A DNA stretch of 63,466 nucleotides, filler included, from Octopus bimaculoides (GCF_001194135.2; 7 parts of 7 records of this genome joined end to end with filler, not necessarily neighbours in it); one strand, 5' to 3'. Numbered from the whole stretch's first letter, positions 1-15,310 are shown. The notes: generated by a model from the letters alone, not told the origin. Numbers and translations are program-made.

Positions 1-59
<59 letters not shown>
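1..59. repeat. (TA)n microsatellite, representative of dozens of TA/CA/CT/TACA tracts in the window
   Basis: Seen directly. Most internal N gaps are flanked by TA or CA repeats. Confidence 0.98.
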
Positions 60-62
<3 letters not shown>

Positions 63-1201
63 GAGAGAGTGAGACACGAAACGAGATGGGAGAGGGAGAG
101 AGAGTGCGAGAAAGAGATCGAAAAACAAACAGACAATCAGACAGACAGATAGATAGATGGATAGGTATTTTGCTAAACCTCGCAATCGCACATATTTACA
201 CAAAACAAATCAGGAATGCGCGCGTGCGAGCGCCGTTTTGGAATTGACGCAAATAAGGGATTTTCAAGTGATATTTATTTTTGATCTAAGTATAAAATGA
301 AAAGATTAGCAACGATCCACTACGGCACCAATAACAACAAACCATTCTTCGAATATTCATGCTTAATCAATAAAAACGCTTGATTGTCAGGTGCCAGACG
401 GAATCGCCTCAGGGCACTGACCATCAAATTAACAATAAAGTATATAATACATCAATACACGAGAACATTTGTTGGCTTTTGAAAATTTCTAATCTTAACT
501 TCTGATACACTGTTAGGTGATTCAACAGGGGACTGCATTTCGGTTCATGATTTAGTGTTTCATATTTCTTCATATCTTAAAGAACTTCACTTAACAGACC
601 CACATGATACTGGGTACACTTTCACTCTGGGGCACACTTAAAGAGCTGTTTGCTTTTTTTACCTCAGAATTTCATAGAAGGAAACTCTGCAACAATTCCT
701 TTATATATAGACCGAAACTGTAATGATAACTGGAAACTTGACTGATGAATAGAAGGCCACTGAATGATCCATCCTGGTTTTTCGTGTCTGTATGTTTTTT
801 ACAGTCGTCCGTTACGTTCTTATTCCTTTATATATATATTTATATTACTAGTATCACTCGTCATGTAGCGGGTAACATTTGCGACCATGAGTATTATCAG
901 CAAATACGGCATACATACAATAATTATAATTTATCATTTATCAAATTTCCCCATGTTTATACAAAATGATGAAATGAATAGTACTTTTCAAAAGAAAAAT
1001 ATTTATTACCTAAAGTAAAACTGAACAAAGTAACTAACTATTGAATTACTTACTCCCTCTCCTCGTATTTCCTCCACTTCCTCATCCTCCTCTGAGTTTA
1101 TGATTCCTTCCCTCTCACTGTATAGCTTTCGTCTACTCATTCACAGACAACAATCTCCGTATGTACACTCATAATGCTCCTTTCATATACAGCAAATTAG
1201 T

Positions 1202-1262
<61 letters not shown>

Positions 1263-1291
1263 CTACGGATAGGTAGATGAATGGATGGATG

Positions 1292-1355
<64 letters not shown>
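1202..1355. repeat. (GATA)n compound microsatellite
   Basis: Seen directly. Similar tracts lie near 18960, 44985-45220, 46185-46250 and 53680-53900. Confidence 0.97.
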
Positions 1356-1356
<1 letters not shown>

Positions 1357-1908
1357 GTATGGATGTATGTATATGTAGATAAAGTGTGGCAAGGGAGAGA
1401 GAGATAACTGTGTTAAACAATAAAACTGTTAGAGACTTACAGAATCCGTCATCGATTGGAAATAGGAAACTCTGTCTTGCAGACTGATTGTCCGACTGAG
1501 AGCAATTTTTTTCCCTCAGTGTAGATATAGATTTCCTTATATCTACAGTTAATAACTAAAAAAATCGTTTAAGTAATCAATGAAGGAACTCAATAATTAT
1601 GATCAGATATAAGTTAATTTCTATTTACAGCTAATTTGTTTTGTCCTGAGGAATTTTACTTTAGTATGAATGAGAGTTAAGAAGCACTATTGCTGAGAGT
1701 GTCTTTATAATGTTAAGAACAACGCTTTCTATAGACGAAAACATTCTATATATATATATAAAGGAGTAGTTCATCCTGTTCAGGCTATATTATTAACATT
1801 ATCCTGCTATTGAGAATTTAAAATCACCTCTTTAACTTTCTAAGACATCTCAACGTTTCTAAAAGCAAACTTCGTTTGTTTGTTTACGTTTATCGTAATT
1901 TGAATTTG

Positions 1909-2001
<93 letters not shown>

Positions 2002-2574
2002 TACATATATCAATTGTGCTTGCTCGTATAAAGCACGGTGTTCATAAACCAGTGAGAAGTCACACAAATTTCCAGAAATAGACGTCATTAAATGAATTAT
2101 TTTATTTATTAATAGTTTACAGCTTTATAAGTGTGTTTGTAACTTTTTGATCTCGTCATAATTTATGAATGGAAATCGGGAAAACGGATTGAATTAAAGA
2201 AGGTAAGATTTCATGATGAAGTAGAGGCCGAAGTGGAAGGAGGTTTCATATGTATTAATATTTAAGGAGGGAACTAACGTGTGAAGTCTATCTAGTTTGA
2301 TACCGATCTGTAGAGATCGGTAAGGAAAAAAAAAACATACTAAATGTGTAAGTCATAAAAAAATTCTATTGCAAAAACATTTGCCAGAAAATTTGTTGAT
2401 AACAGATAACTGAAGTAATGTTTTAAAAGACACATGTTGAACAGAAATATAAACATTTGAGCAAAAGTTTGCTGAATGTTATTAAAACGGAGTCGGACAC
2501 CCTTCCATAAGACATACCACTGCTTTACAAGAAGATTTTATGGAAAAAAAAAATTATATTTCATCATACAGTTA

Positions 2575-2830
2575 TTGAAAGATATTTAAAAGAATTATTC
2601 TATATTTTTGAGATGAGGAATTATGTACATTAATGAGAATGGATGGATAGGTGTCCTCTCCGTGTTTGTTGTTACCACAACTTTTCGGCTGATGTACTCT
2701 CCAGCCTTCCTCAGGTGTTCTGATGGAATTTCGAACCCAACCCTTTATTTCACTGATGAAGTACTCTATTCTCATTTCTAAGTTATTCCTTTTTGCTGAT
2801 GTTATCTTTTCGTTGATATTATATCGCAAG
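2575..2830 (-). mobile_element. Non-autonomous Penelope-like repeat fragment with a hammerhead-like core
   Basis: The minus strand reads CTGAGGA-A-GGCTG-GAGAGTACAT-CAGCC-GAAA (2714-2683). This is the CUGANGA / stem II / GAAA arrangement typical of Penelope-associated hammerheads. Confidence 0.5.
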
Positions 2831-4380
2831 TCCCTGGGAATCCGAGTGTTAGTAGCCTACGCTCTTAACCACTATACTATATGCCCATAGGCAATTATTG
2901 AATAAATTTTGGAGCTTATTAACCTAATATTCTATCTTTTCTTAATACCGTTTCCATATTTTCAAGTTGTTTTGTTAGAAAAAATTATTAATCTGTGCAA
3001 GTAAAAATAATTTTGTGACATTATACTGAAATGAAATAAGAACCCATTGAATTATCAAAAATAAGCTATGTTATATTCTTTCAGCTTTATCTTTTTTTCA
3101 CTTCAACTGTATAGTCGAATATATTATGTCATACAAAATATTACCATTCAAGATGTAAAGCTCGTATTTCTAGGTAACGATTTGCACCACAGCGATCATC
3201 CATCAGAGTAGTGCACGACCGCTATGATTTTGTTGTCATCCACTCATTGTCAATACCTGACAGAAGGTGAATGTTTCTTTATGCTCATTTCATCTTTCAG
3301 AGATAATTATCTAAATTATCTAAATTTGTATTGTAACATTTCTGGATAATCATTTTATTTTTTTGTTTTTTCTTTGTTTTTTTTGTGTTTTTTTTTTGTT
3401 GTTTTTGTTTTTTGTTGGTTTTTTTTTTGCTAAATAAACACAAACACTATATATTCGTTTTTCACTCGTTATTACTGTTCTTATTTTATCTTATGTCCTT
3501 TGTCCAGAAATTTTTCGTCATACATCTGCGATCTCTTCAGCGACCTTATCCATCCATATGTATCTTTCTGCTCTGTGGGGCGTAAGATTTTCGGACAATG
3601 GTCATAAGGTAAAATAAGAAGAGTAATAAAAGAGTGAAGAACGAATAAATAAAGCGTGTGTTTATTTGGCAAAAAAAAAAAAAAAATGACCATCCCGAAA
3701 TATAACAGTATCTGTTTCAACAACCGGTTTCACATCAGGAATATTGCAACACAAATTCATAAAGGTTGCAGGGTCGTTAAATAATATAAAGTATACCAGT
3801 GCGGGTTATATATGCCGCGGAAGGAAGTATAATGAAGTGATGTGAGTTTCCCATGTGACTACTCACGTACCGTAAACAATTTGCTGTAATTTTGCGCTGC
3901 CTGTGATATTTTGGCAATTTTTCAATATTTTATTATTAGGAACAATTATTGGACCTACGGATTTATGCACATCATGCTCCCAAACCTACGACATTCGGTC
4001 TTCCATCCATAATACAGCCGAATAAGGTGCAGGCCCGATTCTTTGAGGGCAATTACTATAATTAAAACCCGATAATGGATCTGAATTCGATAAGTAACAT
4101 TATTTCAAGGAGAAATAAAACTGGAAGATGAAAATCGAATCAGTTTCGTGTTTTTTGTTTCAGTTTTATTTCCTGATGAAATGGTGCTCTTCAGCTTATT
4201 CCGATGAATTAATTTAGTAATTAGCATTTTTAATTGCTTACTTTTTGCGATGGTATTACATTTTAAACTGTAGAGACAGCTGCAGAAATTAGAAGGAAAT
4301 TTTTGAAATAGCTTTTTTATTATACCAAACCTTTCTCATTCTCATTTCACTCTCTGTCACCCTCTTTCTGTTCCTTCTTT

Positions 4381-4423
<43 letters not shown>

Positions 4424-4430
4424 CTCTCTT

Positions 4431-4465
<35 letters not shown>

Positions 4466-6106
4466 NNNNNNNNNNGTGTGTGTGTGTGTGTGTGTGTTTG
4501 TGTGTGTGTATGTGATTGTGTGTGTAAATCTGAAAAATATGAGTGTGGTGCATTGAAGATTCGATTGAGGCATTTTATCTCTATTCAAACTCATTCCATT
4601 TATGTATATTTCATTGAAGTTATGATATATGGGAATTTAACAACGTTAAAAATCATACTCCTACATTTATAGACATTATGCATATATGTGCACAGTACAC
4701 ATGCATACATACATACATACATACATACATACCATCTCACACACGAGCGCGCAAGTTTCACACATATTGCTGAGATAAACGGATCTCGTTGTCACTCACA
4801 CAATTTTACACCAGCGTTATTTCAGCTGTAATGAATGAACATTCGCTTGTAAGACATCCCTCCAAATTTATACACATAGAATTTACTGCTTAAATTTCTT
4901 TTTTAAATACATCCCTCAGTTCTTTTCATCAGCATTGTGTTAAAGTTTCTGTAATATACTTCTAGTGTATTCTTTCACGTATTGAATATTGCAGTTTCTA
5001 CCCCTATCGGCTGTTTTTTTCCTAACCACTTCTTACAATGCTATATACAGACATTCACAAAAACGGAGTTTCTGTTCCCTTACACGTGGATTTAACTCTA
5101 TCTTTATTGCTACCCTTCATACTTGTATTTATTGCTATCCCTCTACGAGTGATGCTGTTACATTTTTCATCCCCTTCCCGTTGTCTTATATTCATTTTTG
5201 CTTTCTTTATCACTAAAATATTCAATCTATCTTTCACCAACCATCCCTGACGTCACTCAAACAGAGTCCCTTCATTTTGTTTTCTAACTCTACTCTTACT
5301 CTTCTTTGCAACAATGCTGCTCTATTTATACATTTGTTCTTGAAGCACAGTATTTTCAAATCCTTTCCAATACTTTCTATCTTCATCGTCGAGCCGCTAG
5401 TTACTGATCGTAAACATCAACACATGTTTTTATGAACTGTAAATATAAAGACGCCCACTCACACGTATATGCATTGTCACCTCGTCAACACTCTAGACAC
5501 ATGAATTATTTACAGTCACAGAAGAGAACTTGTTCAAAGCTAACGATGAAAATAACCTCCGGGAAATCCGAAGAACTCCACTGCTAATAAAACATAACGA
5601 AGACCAAGTAACCTCCTCCAAATCGTAGTTGCTTTCTGCAGTCTTATAGCATTTTGCAGCGAATCATTCAAGCGGTATGCTACAATTTCTTGAATGTGAC
5701 CTGAATCGTACAATGGAAAGCGAGCCAGAAACGAATAAGAATCCACTTTTTAACCAGAACGCAGCTAAGGTGTCATATACTGTGACTATTTTATTGATAA
5801 GACACTTACATTTCTGCCAATGAAGCTCTGAATAGGGATGTATATCTTACAAATTAGTGTAATACAAGTACAAAGTTTGCGATATATATTTAGCTTTGCA
5901 ATCATAAACTTGGAAAAGGACTAAGTCCGAAAGGTTGCATATTTGAGGACCCACGACAGTTTCACAATACACATGACTACTGTATGCATATTTCTTTGAA
6001 ATTGTAAATGTGTATAGATTTCATAAATACTCAAACGGACACAAATCTTGCTAGAATATAACGATATAGACAATGCCTCCAAAATAAATACACACACATG
6101 TATACA

Positions 6107-6142
<36 letters not shown>

Positions 6143-6278
6143 NNNNNNNNNNNNNNNNNNNNNNNNNNNNNNNNNNNNNNNNNNNNNNNNNNNNNNNNNN
6201 NNNNNNNNNNNNNNNNNNNNNNNNNNNNNNNNNNNNNNNNNNNNNNNNNNNNNNNNNNNNNNNNNNNNNNNNNNNNNN

Positions 6279-6320
<42 letters not shown>

Positions 6321-7068
6321 GTATATATATGTATATATATATACATATATATATACATATTTACATATATATATATACATATATATACATATACGCACGC
6401 ACACACACATATATATATATATACACACACGTACACACATACCCACACACAAATAGAATCAAAAATTGAATTCAAAGTATCAAGGAGAATTTAGATAAGC
6501 ACACCTAAAAGTAATCGACTATCTGTTCACATAGGAATTAAATTACAATGTAGTTTAACTTCTTGCAACCGACAATCCTGGATATGCAAACAGAAAATAT
6601 GTCCACGAGGAGAAATAATTAATACTATTAAATTGAGAATACGAAACGGCTGTAATCATATGAAAATCATTTGAAAGTAATAATTTGTAATCACATACCA
6701 TACCTTCTGATTGTATATGTTTACCTTTATCTCTCTCTCCCTCTCCCTCTCTCTTTCCCCCTCTCTCTCTCTCTATCTCCCTCTCTCTCTCTCTCCTTGT
6801 CTCCCTCTATCTCTCTCGGTGTTTTTATGTATGCATAAGCGTTTTTACTTATATTTTCAAAGCCAAAGCGATACAGAATTTGTAATTTACATCCGTAGTT
6901 AATGCTGTTGCCTAGCATTTCAATCTTTAAAGTTTAGGATCACTTTTACCAGTAGATTTTTTGAAGATTTTCAAACAGTCAGCAAAAGTACAAACCATAA
7001 GCCTGTTTTATTTTCTTATTTTCAAATTGCATTTTATGACCAATAAAAAAAAACTATACTATTCCCTT

Positions 7069-7113
<45 letters not shown>

Positions 7114-7560
7114 TTCTCTCTCTCTCTCTCTCCACACATACACACACGCATACACATATACATACATACATATATACATATATATCTACATACACACATA
7201 CGCACGCACACATATATACATNNNNNNNNNNNNNNNNNNNNNNNNNNNNNNNNNNNNNNNNNNNNNNNNNNNNNNNNNNNNNNNNNNNNNNNNNNNNNNN
7301 NNNNNNNNNNNNNNNNNNNNNNNNNNNNNNNNNNNNNNNNNNNNNNNNNNNNNNNNNNNNNNNNNNNNNNNNNNNNNNNNNNNNNNNNNNNNNNNNNNNN
7401 NNNNNNNNNNNNNNNNNNNNNNNNNNNNNNNNNNNNNNNNNNNNNNNNNNNNNNNNNNNNNNNNNNNNNNNNNNNNNNNNNNNNNNNNNNNNNNNNNNNN
7501 NNNNNNNNNNNNNNNNNNNNNNNNNNNNNNNNNNNNNNNNNNNNNNNNNNNNNNNNNNNN

Positions 7561-7602
<42 letters not shown>

Positions 7603-8745
7603 CGTACACACACATAAGCACACACGCACGCGCATATATGTCTATATATATATATATATTTACATATATAAATACATACATATGCATACCTCCTCTAAAT
7701 GTAAACGCCTACTAACCTTTAATCTATTTATAATTAGCTAAAACTAGCTTATATTGCCAGTATATTGCATAGGAATTTGTGTGTATGCGTGTGGGTATGC
7801 GCGCACCGATATGTGTATATGATACAGTTTGTCTTTCTTGTTCGTCCGATAATAAACATATATTTTGAGAAGACTCGAAGTAGGTATCGAAGTAAAATAC
7901 CTTATAAAGCTATGTATCCAAGTAACGAGTATATTGCAAGTGTCCGCTGATTTATGTACATTGTATAACACAGATCTAATTAAACAGCACAGTGTGCATG
8001 CATTTGTCGTAAGCGTCGACACTCAATTTTTTTCTGTTATTTTATTTTCGTTGATCTAACCAAGGGCTTTATTTTACATGTATATCAAATACTAAATGTG
8101 CTTCAGTTGTTACCAGCTCCACGTTATCATCATCTGTTCCAACAGCCACGTCACGTCATCTGTGAATGTACGTATGTATGTATGTATGCATGCATGCTTC
8201 TATATGCGAATGCATGTGTATCTATGTATATATATATATATATATATATATNNNNNNNNNNNNNNNNNNNNNNNNNNNNNNNNNNNNNNNNNNNNNNNNN
8301 NNNNNNNNNNNNNNNNNNNNNNNNNNNNNNNNNNNNNNNNNNNNNNNNNNNNNNNNNNNNNNNNNNNNNNNNNNNNNNNNNNNNNNNNNNNNNNNNNNNN
8401 NNNNNNNNNNNNNNNNNNNNNNNNNNNNNNNNNNNNNNNNNNNNNNNNNNNNNNNNNNNNNNNNNNNNNNNNNNNNNNNNNNNNNNNNNNNNNNNNNNNN
8501 NNNNNNNNNNNNNNNNNNNNNNNNNNNNNNNNNNNNNNNNNNNNNNNNNNNNNNNNNNNNNNNNNNNNNNNNNNNNNNNNNNNNNNNNNNNNNNNNNNNN
8601 NNNNNNNNNNNNNNNNNNNNNNNNNNNNNNNNNNNNNNNNNNNNNNNNNNNNNNNNNNNNNNNNNNNNNNNNNNNNNNNNNNNNNNNNNNNNNNNNNNNN
8701 NNNNNNNNNNNNNNNNNNNNNNNNNNNNNNNATATCTAGACGTAC

Positions 8746-9080
8746 AAATCGATCCCAGGACTTATTCTTTGGAAGCCTAGTAATTATTGTATCGGTGTCT
8801 TTTGCCGAACCGCTAAGTTACAGGGACGTAAACACACCACCATCGGTTGTCAAGCGATGTTGGAGGAACAAACACAGACACATAAACATATACACACCAC
8901 ATACGCATATACACATACATATATACGACGGGCTTCTTTCAGTTTCCGTCTACCAAATGCACTCAGAATGCTTTGGTCGGCCCGAGGCTATAGTAGAAGA
9001 CACTTGCCCAAAGTGCGACTCAGTGGGAATGAACTCGGAGCCATGTGGATGGTAAGCAAGCTACTTACCACACAGCCACA
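8746..9080 (-). mobile_element. tRNA-derived SINE, family A, near full length (a partial duplicate follows at 9081-9180)
   Basis: The minus-strand head has TGGCTGTGTGGTAAG (A-box-like) and GAGTTCATTCCC (B-box-like), followed by the body shared with 44507-44969 and 52792-53215. Confidence 0.85.
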
Positions 9081-10336
9081 CGACGGGCTTCTTCCAGCTC
9101 TCGTCTACCAATTCTACCCAAAATGCCTTATTCGGCCCGAGGCTATAGTAAAAGACTCTTGCCCAAGCTGCCACGCAGTACAAAAAACAAAATCTAGATG
9201 GCATGTCAGGTAGAAGTGGTACATACATATATCAACGTACATGCTTACATGATATATATGTGTAAATATAACAATTACGAAGAAAATCTTAATAATAATC
9301 TCTGGACTTCAGATAGTTGACGAATAACTGTTCTCATCTTTGCTTAAATTTAATTAATATATTTCAGCATACTACACCGAGTAGAGTAAAGTAGTCAAAC
9401 GCGTATTTTACTTAATGTATATACACGTCTGAAAAGAATGATACTGCAGTGTTTGTCTGAGAGAAAATCTCTTCACCGACATGAATTTAACAGAACGGTG
9501 TTTCAATACCTACATTATATGCAATCCAGAAGTTAAACGCATTTGAACATGCTTTGTTAAAATTGTTGAAATTGGAACTAATTCCTTCCTTCCTTCCTAC
9601 GATCATTCCTTCCTTCCGTCTTTCCTTCCTGCCTTCCTTTCTTTCTTTCTCTCTCTCCGCACATGTATATGTATGTTTGTAATATGTGTGCATGTCTAGA
9701 TGTAATGCTCGTATTACTTAAATAAATGGAGTAGCATGAAACGTGCGTACTGCAGTCATCTTTAAAATCCGTGTTGCTTATTTTGATTTTTTGATCACCT
9801 ATCCTTTTGGAATGGTTTTTGTATAATACCATACCATACGATATTCTGGTGCCTACGCATANNNNNNNNNNNNNNNNNNNNNNNNNNNNNNNNNNNNNNN
9901 NNNNNNNNNNNNNNNNNNNNNNNNNNNNNNNNNNNNNNNNNNNNNNNNNNNNNNNNNNNNNNNNNNNNNNNNNNNNNNNNNNNNNNNNNNNNNNNNNNNN
10001 NNNNNNNNNNNNNNNNNNNNNNNNNNNNNNNNNNNNNNNNNNNNNNNNNNNNNNNNNNNNNNNNNNNNNNNNNNNNNNNNNNNNNNNNNNNNNNNNNNNN
10101 NNNNNNNNNNNNNNNNNNNNNNNNNNNNNNNNNNNNNNNNNNNNNNNNNNNNNNNNNNNNNNNNNNNNNNNNNNNNNNNNNNNNNNNNNNNNNNNNNNNN
10201 NNNNNNNNNNNNNNNNNNNNNNNNNNNNNNNNNNNNNNNNNNNNNNNNNNNNNNNNNNNNNNNNNNNNNNNNNNNNNNNNNNNNNNNNNNNNNNNNNNNN
10301 NNNNNNNNNNNNNNNNNNNNNNNNNNNNNNNNNNNN

Positions 10337-10370
<34 letters not shown>

Positions 10371-11387
10371 GGGTGTGCGTATGTATGTGTGTGTATGAGT
10401 GTGTGTGTGTATAAGTATATGTATATATTCACAAATACTCTCACACACCCATACGTGCACACACGTATACACACATACACATACATACACACACACTCAC
10501 ACACGCATATCAAATCTAAACACGCCTTTTCAATACTTAAGAGACAATTAAATCAGTTGATTAAATATGAAATACTTCTGTTGGGTTAGTCACTGAGGTT
10601 GTTGTAGTTGTCATCATCAGCTGCCATACTATTAGTAATGTGTTTTTGCATTTTGAGTTCAGTTTAACGCACTCCAGACAGCCGGTACTTCAACTGAATC
10701 TCACACGAACTGTCATACAGAGAAAAAAAGTTACGTTCGCGTTCACATCGATAATACAAGGAACGTTACCAAGAATTAACGTTTCCTAGAAATAATTATA
10801 TGGTGAAAATAAACGAAGTATTAATTAGGTTGATGCAAGATAGCGTTGGTGGTCTATAACAGAAATAATGTGTGTGTATGTTTGTCTTTGCGTGTGTGGG
10901 TGGAATGCATGAATATTGAGACACTGTGCAATTTCGTAACTCGTCTTGGCGTTGTGCAACGGGAGGAGGCTTCTTTCAAGCATTTGCTAAATTATCTTGG
11001 ACTAGTTGGAAGCGAAGTACATTTGCAGTTAAAATATATAAATTGTGTGAATTGGAACTCTGTCTATTCAGTTTACTTAAAATATTGCAGTATTTGAGAG
11101 GGGCAAGTCGTTTTCACTACAGTTTAGTCAGGGAGAGAAGGACATTGTCTATGTCACCACTTTGTTTCTAGAGTCTCCGAAATTATATTCAACTGTAAAC
11201 TGCAACAGAATGAACCCAGCTAAAGGTTGTTACGACAGTATGGATTATGTACACTAACTAGGAAATCATACGATTTGCGGCTGAAACTGTTGCATTCCTC
11301 AGCTGTCGATACACTGTATATCTGTTAAGGTAGTTTTGACTTTAAGAGTCCCTTATAGCGTGAGGCACTTACGTATAATATGATATA

Positions 11388-11487
11388 NNNNNNNNNNNNN
11401 NNNNNNNNNNNNNNNNNNNNNNNNNNNNNNNTTAATTAATTAANNNNNNNNNNNNNNNNNNNNNNNNNNNNNNNNNNNNNNNNNNNN
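11388..11487. other. Artificial scaffold-joining spacer (44 N + TTAATTAATTAA + 44 N)
   Basis: The same 100-bp structure recurs at 17083-17182, 24768-24867, 34976-35075, 48054-48153 and 56625-56724. The 12-mer puts stop codons in all six frames. Confidence 0.95.
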
Positions 11488-11524
<37 letters not shown>

Positions 11525-14500
11525 CATACATATGCAGGAAAATAAAGATGTGTTTAACTATCCCATGTAGTTCATGGACAATACACGGCTTTCTGTTTTA
11601 TATAGCTTACTTAGCAATATCTAACATTTCTTCACGATGGAATGGATATCTTCTTTATATGTTAATAACTTTTATGCTATTCGAACTAATCTTAGACTAC
11701 TTCGTATAGAAGAAAGTAGAAAATATATTCATTTATCAGCTGCCTATTTAACGCTGCACTTCACCTGCCTTGGAAATGGAATATTATCTTAGCATATTGT
11801 GGAAACTTTACAATAGTTCAGATGTCGTATATGTGATCATGTCAAGCAACAATTTTTAAAGACTTCCACAAAGATAGCAAAGGTCTGCCAATGCTTTAGC
11901 CATCATATTTTCTTAACATACTACATTGTTTGACGCCATTCCCCTTGTTTTATTTCCATTAATGTGTTATGCAAAAAATATATATCTTCAACGTTTCGTT
12001 TATTAAATTTCAAACAGTTAGATGCAAACATATCTATAAGTATAAAATTTTCCCTTGACAATCAAGTACTTCTCGATCCCAGTCCTCTTTTTTACATCTG
12101 TGAAACGTTTTCTATTAAGTAGGGTTGAGAAAGAGTTTCTGAGTAAAACCTAGTTTATGGAAAATAAGTGGGGGTCCATGAATTAGTACATCATATAATT
12201 GTTTAATACTATATCTCAAATGTCTTTCAGAGTTGTTCCATTATTAGAGATTTTCTTGCACTTGGGTACTCATTATGAGTGATTGTAAATTTCCGCTGAA
12301 TACATTATGTGCGTTAAACACCGGTTGTGATGAAGACGCACTTCGTACAGTTTATGCGAGCCTTATTCTCCCCGGAACAAACATATCTACGCGCATGTGC
12401 CCAAACACCCATATGGGCAAAAATCACCCTCCTAAAACATAACGCGTGTGTATATGTGTGTGTCCATGTCTGTGTGAGTGTGCGTTGTTTTCCGTGTTTA
12501 TGGTTACAGTGCTAATGGCGCCGTAGCACTGCGTCGATTAATGCAATGTACAGTAACATATAATTTAGATAAACAGAGATCTATAAAATGCATACATTTC
12601 GTAGAAGACCGAAAATATTATGATCCACATGTCCGATATCTGCTAAATGATAGCACTGAACCAACATATTATACGAGTACTTTTTAAGCTCATGAAGGGC
12701 TAGCAATGATGTTATAATATAATATAAATAAAATAATGAAAACTCGTGTTTTGTTATAAATGTTGTCAAACGCTTAGCTCTGGCGCGTCTTGGCAGATTT
12801 ATAAAAACACAAATTGAGATCTGTCTCCTTTATTCACCATTCATTTTAATTCTTTGTATGACTACTTTATGTAATGTCTAGTGTGTATTGGGAAAATACC
12901 GTTAGGGCTTATGACAATGTTACTGCTGTCTATTGAACATCCATCGCATAAATCCACTACCTTTCGCCAAACTAATATATAAGGAAAAACATAATAATAA
13001 TATATGAAACGCCGATCATTCCGTCGTACTAACATCCGCCACCACCAGAGGGAAAGTTGTATATTTTTCAGGGTGAAGAGGTTAAAAGAACATCGCTTCC
13101 CCAGTGTTTCAATCGTAAACTTTTAAATGCATCGATGACGTTTGGCAAATTCAAACCGCATCCCGGATTACTTCTTCACCTGCGTTTAGTCAGTGGATGG
13201 TATGTGATTTTGCCAACACCCTCTGTCACAAACCGAATGAAAAAATATTTGTTTTTAAATATTGCATCTGGTCATGCATCCTCAAACCTCTAGCACTAAT
13301 GGTCTAGGTAGCTATAGAAATACATCACCATATATATTATGGTGGTTGACATTTTGCAGCAATTCAGTGTGATATTTGAACTTATGTCTCCACACTATTC
13401 ATTACTAACCTAACGGGAGACAGTATTTGGGCCATGGGTTAACGTTGACAGTATCTTCTGTAAGGTAGATTTGTGGATCAATATGTTGTACTTGTGATAG
13501 TTTGAAAACTAAGGAAAAGAAGTCCTAATGCCACGAAAATATTGAATATTATTTGTCCGTTGAAGAGAAGATTTAATCAAATTTGATTGGATATGTTTCA
13601 AGCTGTATCTAAAGAAACGTAAACCCAAGATGAATGTTCAATAGAAATAACAAAATATTTATTAACAAACCGAGATTAGTATGATTAAATGGTAAATACA
13701 AACTAATATTCCTATCAACTTAAGAGTATGTCGCAGTTGACCAAAGAAAAATATTGATTTACCAGTGGCTTCTTACAAGATATAACCAAGAGCATAGCCT
13801 ACGATCTAAATCTAGTTAATCCAGAGAATATTAATGAAAACATTGAAAATGGTGAGGAATTAATTGTGTTTTTGCTTCGTATTTACTAACCCTGAATATA
13901 GTTAAAGATAAGATTGCAACAGGATTGTGTTTTCAGTAGTAGTTTCATTTTAAATTAATTAAATGCATTTCTAAAAATGTTTATTGATATACGTCATATC
14001 CTGATTTGCTTGGAATCCTTCAAGTATGTTTCGTGATTAATACTCGCTCTCCCAAATCTCCCCCACCACACTCACTCTTTTGTTCTTTCTATTTTTTTCC
14101 TCTCTCCTGTCTCCCCCTCTCTTGATTCTCGTACTGTTGTTAGATTATCCCTATGGCATATTAATTTATTGTCGAGTACCCTCAACCATACGATGTTTTA
14201 ATATCCTATCATGCTTCTCCTAACTCCGACACGTTTTTAGCTATTTAATCAGTTTCGATTAAATATGTTTGTTCTATGGTAAACACAATTGTATCCATTT
14301 TATAATGATCAACACAGGAACCGTCTTATATCTCATATGAACAGAGCAAATGTCCTAAAGCTATTACACAATGGAAACTTAAGCAACGAATTTACCACAA
14401 TATTATTCCAGTTGAAGCTGGTTTTTTTGTTGTTTTTTTTTGTCTTATTGCTGTTATAAGTAAGTTGCTTGTAGGGATGAGGCGGAAATAATAAGAAAGA

Positions 14501-15101
14501 AAAAACGTTCTTTAACTGAAAAGATACAATATGAACTCCACATTCTTTACAAATATATTTTAAAGATAATATCCATTCCTAAGTCGTTGTCAATTTAATT
14601 ATAAAGCGAGATATAATTTAATTATCGCATGTGTTTGGTAAATTGCTTTTAGCAGTCATTTGTTAGATACTTAAATTAATTTTTTGCTGGATTTGAAAGT
14701 AGAAACGAAATTAATTTGGGTAAAAATATCAAGTTGGTAGCGAAGCTTAGATTGGAAAATCTTTCATAAAGATGGAAAATTATGAAAACCCAACATTGCC
14801 GTGCTAGGTGAGGTATGTGTGTGTATTTCAATATGTAATATATATACATGTGTATAACAATACATGATCATTTAAAAATTCATGACGAAAACATAAAGTA
14901 CAATCATGTATTGTATTTTCTCACATTTACTTCGTAGTAGTTCTTTGCCCTGCTAATCTTGATATGAGATTACCATGTCGAGCAAATATGGTTGTGATGC
15001 AGCGTCTGGTGTACCTTTAGCAGACAGGTAGTCATGATGGGTATACTGGGCTTCATATATTTTATTCTAGTGTCACTTTGATGACATGCACTGCTTTCTC
15101 A

Positions 15102-15146
<45 letters not shown>

Positions 15147-15147
<1 letters not shown>

Positions 15148-15310
15148 GTTTCAAACTTTTCCACACGGGCAGTCATATTTAGGCAGGGAATGTGTCGATT
15201 ACATCGACCCCTGTGTTGAACTGGAACTTAATTTATCGACGCCGAAAGGATGAAAGGCAAAGTCGACGTCGGGGAAATTTGAACTCAGAACGTACCGGCA
15301 GACGAAATAT
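15147..15310 (-). mobile_element. tRNA-derived SINE, family B
   Basis: It carries the shared core (AATTTATCGAC...GGATGAAAGGCAAAGTCGAC...ATTTGAACTCAGAACG) and sits next to a (TAA)n tract. Confidence 0.85.

Noticed and set aside
2301-2322. 9-bp perfect hairpin followed on the minus strand by CTAG (Helitron 3' end?)
   Set aside because: The spacing is short, the next base is not T, and no matching 5' end was seen.
3143-3256. Possible minus-strand exon bounded by AG and GT
   Set aside because: All three frames hit a stop within 12 codons. It could only be a tiny terminal exon, and nothing supports that.
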